Shown here piece by piece: positions 37,431 through 40,269 of a stretch of 40,269 nucleotides of DNA. A program made the translations under genes and the position numbers. Under the pieces are notes generated by a model. It searched no databases, was not told where the DNA came from, and was given only the letters and a program-made list of their open reading frames with translations. Source of the stretch: Dehalococcoidales bacterium (GTDB lineage Bacteria > Chloroflexota > Dehalococcoidia > Dehalococcoidales > DATKVW01); the NCBI GenBank assembly GCA_035529875.1, contig DATKVW010000101.1, forward strand, positions 1-40,269. The letters are read 5' to 3'. How positions within the stretch are numbered: position 1 is the first letter of the stretch; each line of letters starts with the position of its first letter.

Positions 37431-38408
37431 TTAACTGTCTGGCCTCAGCTGTCTGAGCTTCTCGAACAATCTCTTTTCCTCTGCTGACAGTTTCTCGGGC
37501 AACACAATATTGGTCCTTACCAGCAGGTCACCCCGGGAGGGCTTGCCTAAATGAGGCATACCCCTCCCGGAAAGGCGGAATACCTTTCCGTTCTGAGTCT
37601 CGGGGGGAATTTTCAAGGCAAGCTTGCCGTCAATATTGGGTACCTGAACCTCCCCACCCAGCATTGCCACCGTTAACGGAACGGTCGCCACCACATACAG
37701 GTCATCACCCTTTCGTTCAAATAACTGGTGGGGCTTAACTGAGGTTATCAAGTAGAGGTCACCATTGGTTCCACCAAGCCCCGGCTCTCCTTTGCCGGCA
37801 ATGCGAACCCGAGACCTGTCTCTAACGCCGGGCGGTATTTTCACCTCCAGACGCTTAACCCTAGACATCACTCCGGCACCCCGACATACCGAGCAGGGTA
37901 CATTTTGTATATACCCGGTTCCCTGACAGGTAAAGCAGGGCTCCCTGCTCTCAAGAGCAATAGTACGTTTGGTGCCATGGTAGGCTTCTTCCAGAGTGAC
38001 TTCAACCGGATGCTCTATATCCCGTCCCCGTCTGGGTCTAGTCCGCTGAGTCCGAAATCCACCTCCAAACAGGCCGTTAAACAAACTGCCCAAATCAGCC
38101 TCTTCAAAACGGAAGCTGGTGCCACCCCGACTGAAATCCCGGAATGGTGGCTGTTGGTATCCCGCCCGGGCAAACTGGTCAGCATGCTGCCACTGGTCAC
38201 CAAATTGGTCATACTTCTGCCGATTCTCCTTGTTGGCAAGAACCTCGTAAGCCTCGTTTATCTCCTTAAACCTGGCTTCAGCCGACCTGTCGCCAGGATT
38301 GACATCAGGGTGATATTTACGCGCCAGCCGCCGGTAAGCCTGCTTTATCTCCCGCTCGCTGGCATTGCGATTTACTCCCAATATGCCGTAATAATCCTTA
38401 CCCGCCAT
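37431..38408 (-). CDS. dnaJ: DnaJ/CbpA-class J-domain co-chaperone
   Basis: KDYYGILGV...YHPD J domain, a G/F-rich linker and only two CxxCxGxG motifs (CFTCQGTG, CSVCRGAG). The start is set at MAGKDYY (38408). Confidence 0.9.
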   Translation of the reverse strand: MAGKDYYGILGVNRNASEREIKQAYRRLARKYHPDVNPGDRSAEARFKEINEAYEVLANKENRQKYDQFGDQWQHADQFARAGYQQPPFRDFSRGGTSFRFEEADLGSLFNGLFGGGFRTQRTRPRRGRDIEHPVEVTLEEAYHGTKRTIALESREPCFTCQGTGYIQNVPCSVCRGAGVMSRVKRLEVKIPPGVRDRSRVRIAGKGEPGLGGTNGDLYLITSVKPHQLFERKGDDLYVVATVPLTVAMLGGEVQVPNIDGKLALKIPPETQNGKVFRLSGRGMPHLGKPSRGDLLVRTNIVLPEKLSAEEKRLFEKLRQLRPDS

Positions 38409-38424
38409 CTTTCTCACCGGAATC

Positions 38425-38453
38425 ATTATAAATCTTTTTGCAATATCTGTCAA
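38425..38453 (-). promoter_or_regulatory. Consensus sigma-70-type promoter of the dnaJ-hspR-clpB operon
   Basis: Minus strand reads TTGACA (38453-38448), exactly 17 nt, TATAAT (38430-38425). The ATG lies 17 nt after the -10. Confidence 0.65.
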
Positions 38454-38462
38454 TAATAGACT

Positions 38463-38494
38463 AGGTTTTTTAGCATAATATTATACTAAAACCT
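38463..38494. promoter_or_regulatory. AT-rich imperfect inverted repeat upstream of the -35 (operator or divergent-promoter candidate)
   Basis: AGGTTTTTTAGCATAAT / ATTATACTAAAACCT. The inner 18-mer TAGCATAATATTATACTA is palindromic at 16 of 18 positions. Confidence 0.35.
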
Positions 38495-38529
38495 GATAAA
38501 TTTTTATTAAATATGCGCTATCATGGTGA

Positions 38530-38739
38530 GGAAAGCCGAAGAAAGTCAGAGCAGTGCAATTTGGATGTGGTCCTATCGGGTGCAGGGTCATCAGATTTGC
38601 CTTGCAGAGACCTGATATTGAGATGGTTGGCGCTATTGATATTGACCCGAACATGGTAGGACGCGATTTGGGTGATGTTGTTGGTCTTGATAAGAAACTT
38701 GGGGTCAGAGGATTTGACATCTTTGATGCCATTTGTTAA
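38530..38739 (+). pseudogene. N-terminal fragment of a DapB-like NAD(P)-dependent amine / 2,4-diaminopentanoate dehydrogenase-family gene
   Basis: The frame reads KKVRAVQFGCGPIGCRVIRFALQRPDIEMVGAIDIDPNMVGRDLGDVVGLDKKLGV, a Rossmann N-terminus of that family as I recall it. It stops after about 65 codons, whereas full-length members are over 300 aa. No ATG, GTG or TTG precedes the GxGxxG strand. Confidence 0.4.
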
Positions 38740-38881
38740 AGTTCCTTCTGATACAAAGGAAGGACTGAGGCAAGAGCTTAGAAGATTGGGGAAACTAAAG
38801 TAGTATTTAGAACAGGTGGCAAATGGGGGGCATTTCCAACTCGGATTTGCCCTCCTTACCTTTGTGTTGAAAGGGGCAAAG

Positions 38882-40066
38882 TTGAATAAAACAGCAGATG
38901 TAGTAGTCATAGGGGGAGGAGTTATTGGTTGCTCAGTGGCCTATTACTTAGCAAAGAAAGGGACTAAGGTAATCGTAATAGAAAAAAGGGAGGGATTATG
39001 TTTCGGTTCTTCTGGAAGAAATAACGGGGGGTGCCCTGTTTCACCCTTTGAATCACCTGTTCTGGAGCTTGTACGGGAAAGCCTAAAGCTATATAAGAAC
39101 TTATCTGAGGAGATAGGATACGATATTGAGTATCAGAACACAGGGTTTTTAATGTACAGTAAAAATGAAGAGCAGTACCCCGATATGGAAAGGAAAGCCC
39201 AAAATTTACGCAGAAGCGGGGTAAACGTCCGCCTCATAGAAGGAAATGAAATGCGGGAACTGGAACCTAGCTTGGCGGCAGATGTAATTGTTGGAATAGA
39301 GGAGCAGGAGGAGTCTAGCCTAGTGAATCCATTTAAGGTAAATTATGGGTTTGCACATGCCGCGAGAAAACTGGGAGCAGAGTTCCTTCTTTCTACAGAA
39401 GTCAAAGAAATTGAGATAAATAAAGGTACTATTACATCTGTTATTACCGATAGAGGGAAAATAAAAACTAATTTTGTGGTCCTTGCTGCCGGGGCATGGT
39501 CTCCCGAAATTGGGAAAATGCTCGGTCTTACCATACCTGTCAAACCACAGAGGGGACAAATTATAGTGACCGAGCCTGTCCCACTTAATGAAAAATGGAG
39601 GTTTCTAGAAGAAGCCGTTTATTTGACTACAGCCTTTGATGCCGAAGCAGCTAAAAAATCTAAAGACCCGGGAATGAAACTCGGAATCGCAGGAGCTTTT
39701 CACCAAAACAATACTGGAAATTGGACTATAGGAAGTAGCCGCGACCTTGCCGGCTATGATAACCAGGTAACAATGCCAACAGTAAAATATTTGGCAAAAA
39801 GGGCTATCAAATTCATGCCCAAGCTCAAGGATGTTAATTGTATTAGAATGTTTGCTGGATTCAGACCAATCTGTTATATGGATGGTCTCCCAATTTTAAG
39901 CAAAGTGGACAATCCTTCGGGCCTGGTTATAGCTACCGGGCACGCCGGGGATGGGGTTACCCTGGCTCCGCTAACGGGAAAATTAATATCAGAACTGATA
40001 ACAGAAGATAAAACTTCAATACCAATTGATGCTTTTACCTTTTCCAGGTTTAAACATATGAACTAA
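38882..40066 (+). CDS. DAO-family FAD-dependent oxidoreductase (sarcosine oxidase beta / opine oxidase B / HcnC-like)
   Basis: DVVVIGGGVIGCSVAYYLAKKG dinucleotide fold and the C-terminal GHAGDGVTLAP. The TTG at 38882 (MNKTADVVVIGGG), preceded by AAAGGGG, is preferred to the ORF-track GTG at 38816. Confidence 0.85.
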   Translation: MNKTADVVVIGGGVIGCSVAYYLAKKGTKVIVIEKREGLCFGSSGRNNGGCPVSPFESPVLELVRESLKLYKNLSEEIGYDIEYQNTGFLMYSKNEEQYPDMERKAQNLRRSGVNVRLIEGNEMRELEPSLAADVIVGIEEQEESSLVNPFKVNYGFAHAARKLGAEFLLSTEVKEIEINKGTITSVITDRGKIKTNFVVLAAGAWSPEIGKMLGLTIPVKPQRGQIIVTEPVPLNEKWRFLEEAVYLTTAFDAEAAKKSKDPGMKLGIAGAFHQNNTGNWTIGSSRDLAGYDNQVTMPTVKYLAKRAIKFMPKLKDVNCIRMFAGFRPICYMDGLPILSKVDNPSGLVIATGHAGDGVTLAPLTGKLISELITEDKTSIPIDAFTFSRFKHMN

Positions 40067-40140
40067 ATGACCAAGAAGGATAAATTGAAGAAATAAAAAA
40101 ATCGTGTAACTACAAAAGACAAAAAGAAGGAAGGAAAGAA

Positions 40141-40269
40141 GTGGCTACATTAAATAGAAGAGTCCAGGCAGGGGTGGAAAGAGGTAAATGCTTTGAGATA
40201 GAAGTAGACGGAGAGCAGATTTTGGCATATGAAGGGGAGACCATTGCTACTGCCCTTCTGGCAGCAGGG
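40141..40269 (+). CDS. 5' end of a 2Fe-2S-type subunit gene (sarcosine oxidase alpha / HcnA-like N-terminus), truncated by the window edge
   Basis: GTG preceded by GGAAGGAAAG. FEIEVDGEQILAYEGETIATALLAAG resembles the N-terminal 2Fe-2S (Fer2_4-like) segment of these oxidase partners. Confidence 0.5.
   Translation, partial: MATLNRRVQAGVERGKCFEIEVDGEQILAYEGETIATALLAAG

Overview
About half of this window (9334-29078, minus strand) is one tightly packed ribosomal-protein super-operon. Its order is rpsL-rpsG-fusA, then the S10, spc and alpha blocks, then truA-rplM-rpsI, with no tuf gene. rpmJ is present but falls below the ORF-track size cutoff. The flanks carry housekeeping and stress genes. On the left are dnaE, two tandem RadC/JAB paralogs, ogt, hpf and comF. 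On the right are thrB, a CoA-disulfide-reductase/rhodanese fusion, tRNA-Ala(GGC), a cyclophilin, a DedA-like membrane protein and a dnaJ-hspR-clpB operon. The window ends with a DAO-type FAD oxidoreductase and the start of a 2Fe-2S subunit gene. Gene order and protein features (Firmicutes-type S12 insertion, Cys4 L24, fusA directly followed by rpsJ) suggest a monoderm-like or Chloroflexota-like lineage, but I cannot confirm that without a search. No defence or CRISPR-like system is visible. The most unusual signal is non-coding: a modular family of GC-rich perfect-hairpin repeats ending in a conserved GGATAGGTTGCTAAAC-like tail. It occupies six intergenic gaps (111-502, 4268-4423, 7571-7665, 8755-8985, 32933-32985, 34331-34607), always in the same strand orientation. 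Three of the copies carry a nested AT-rich MITE-like module that occurs in both orientations. A second notable signal is a 16-nt near-perfect direct duplicate of the tRNA-Ala 3' end about 2.4 kb downstream. It brackets the CoADR-rhodanese gene like the att sites of a decayed integrated islet. All calls come from reading the sequence and recalling protein families; no database search was run.
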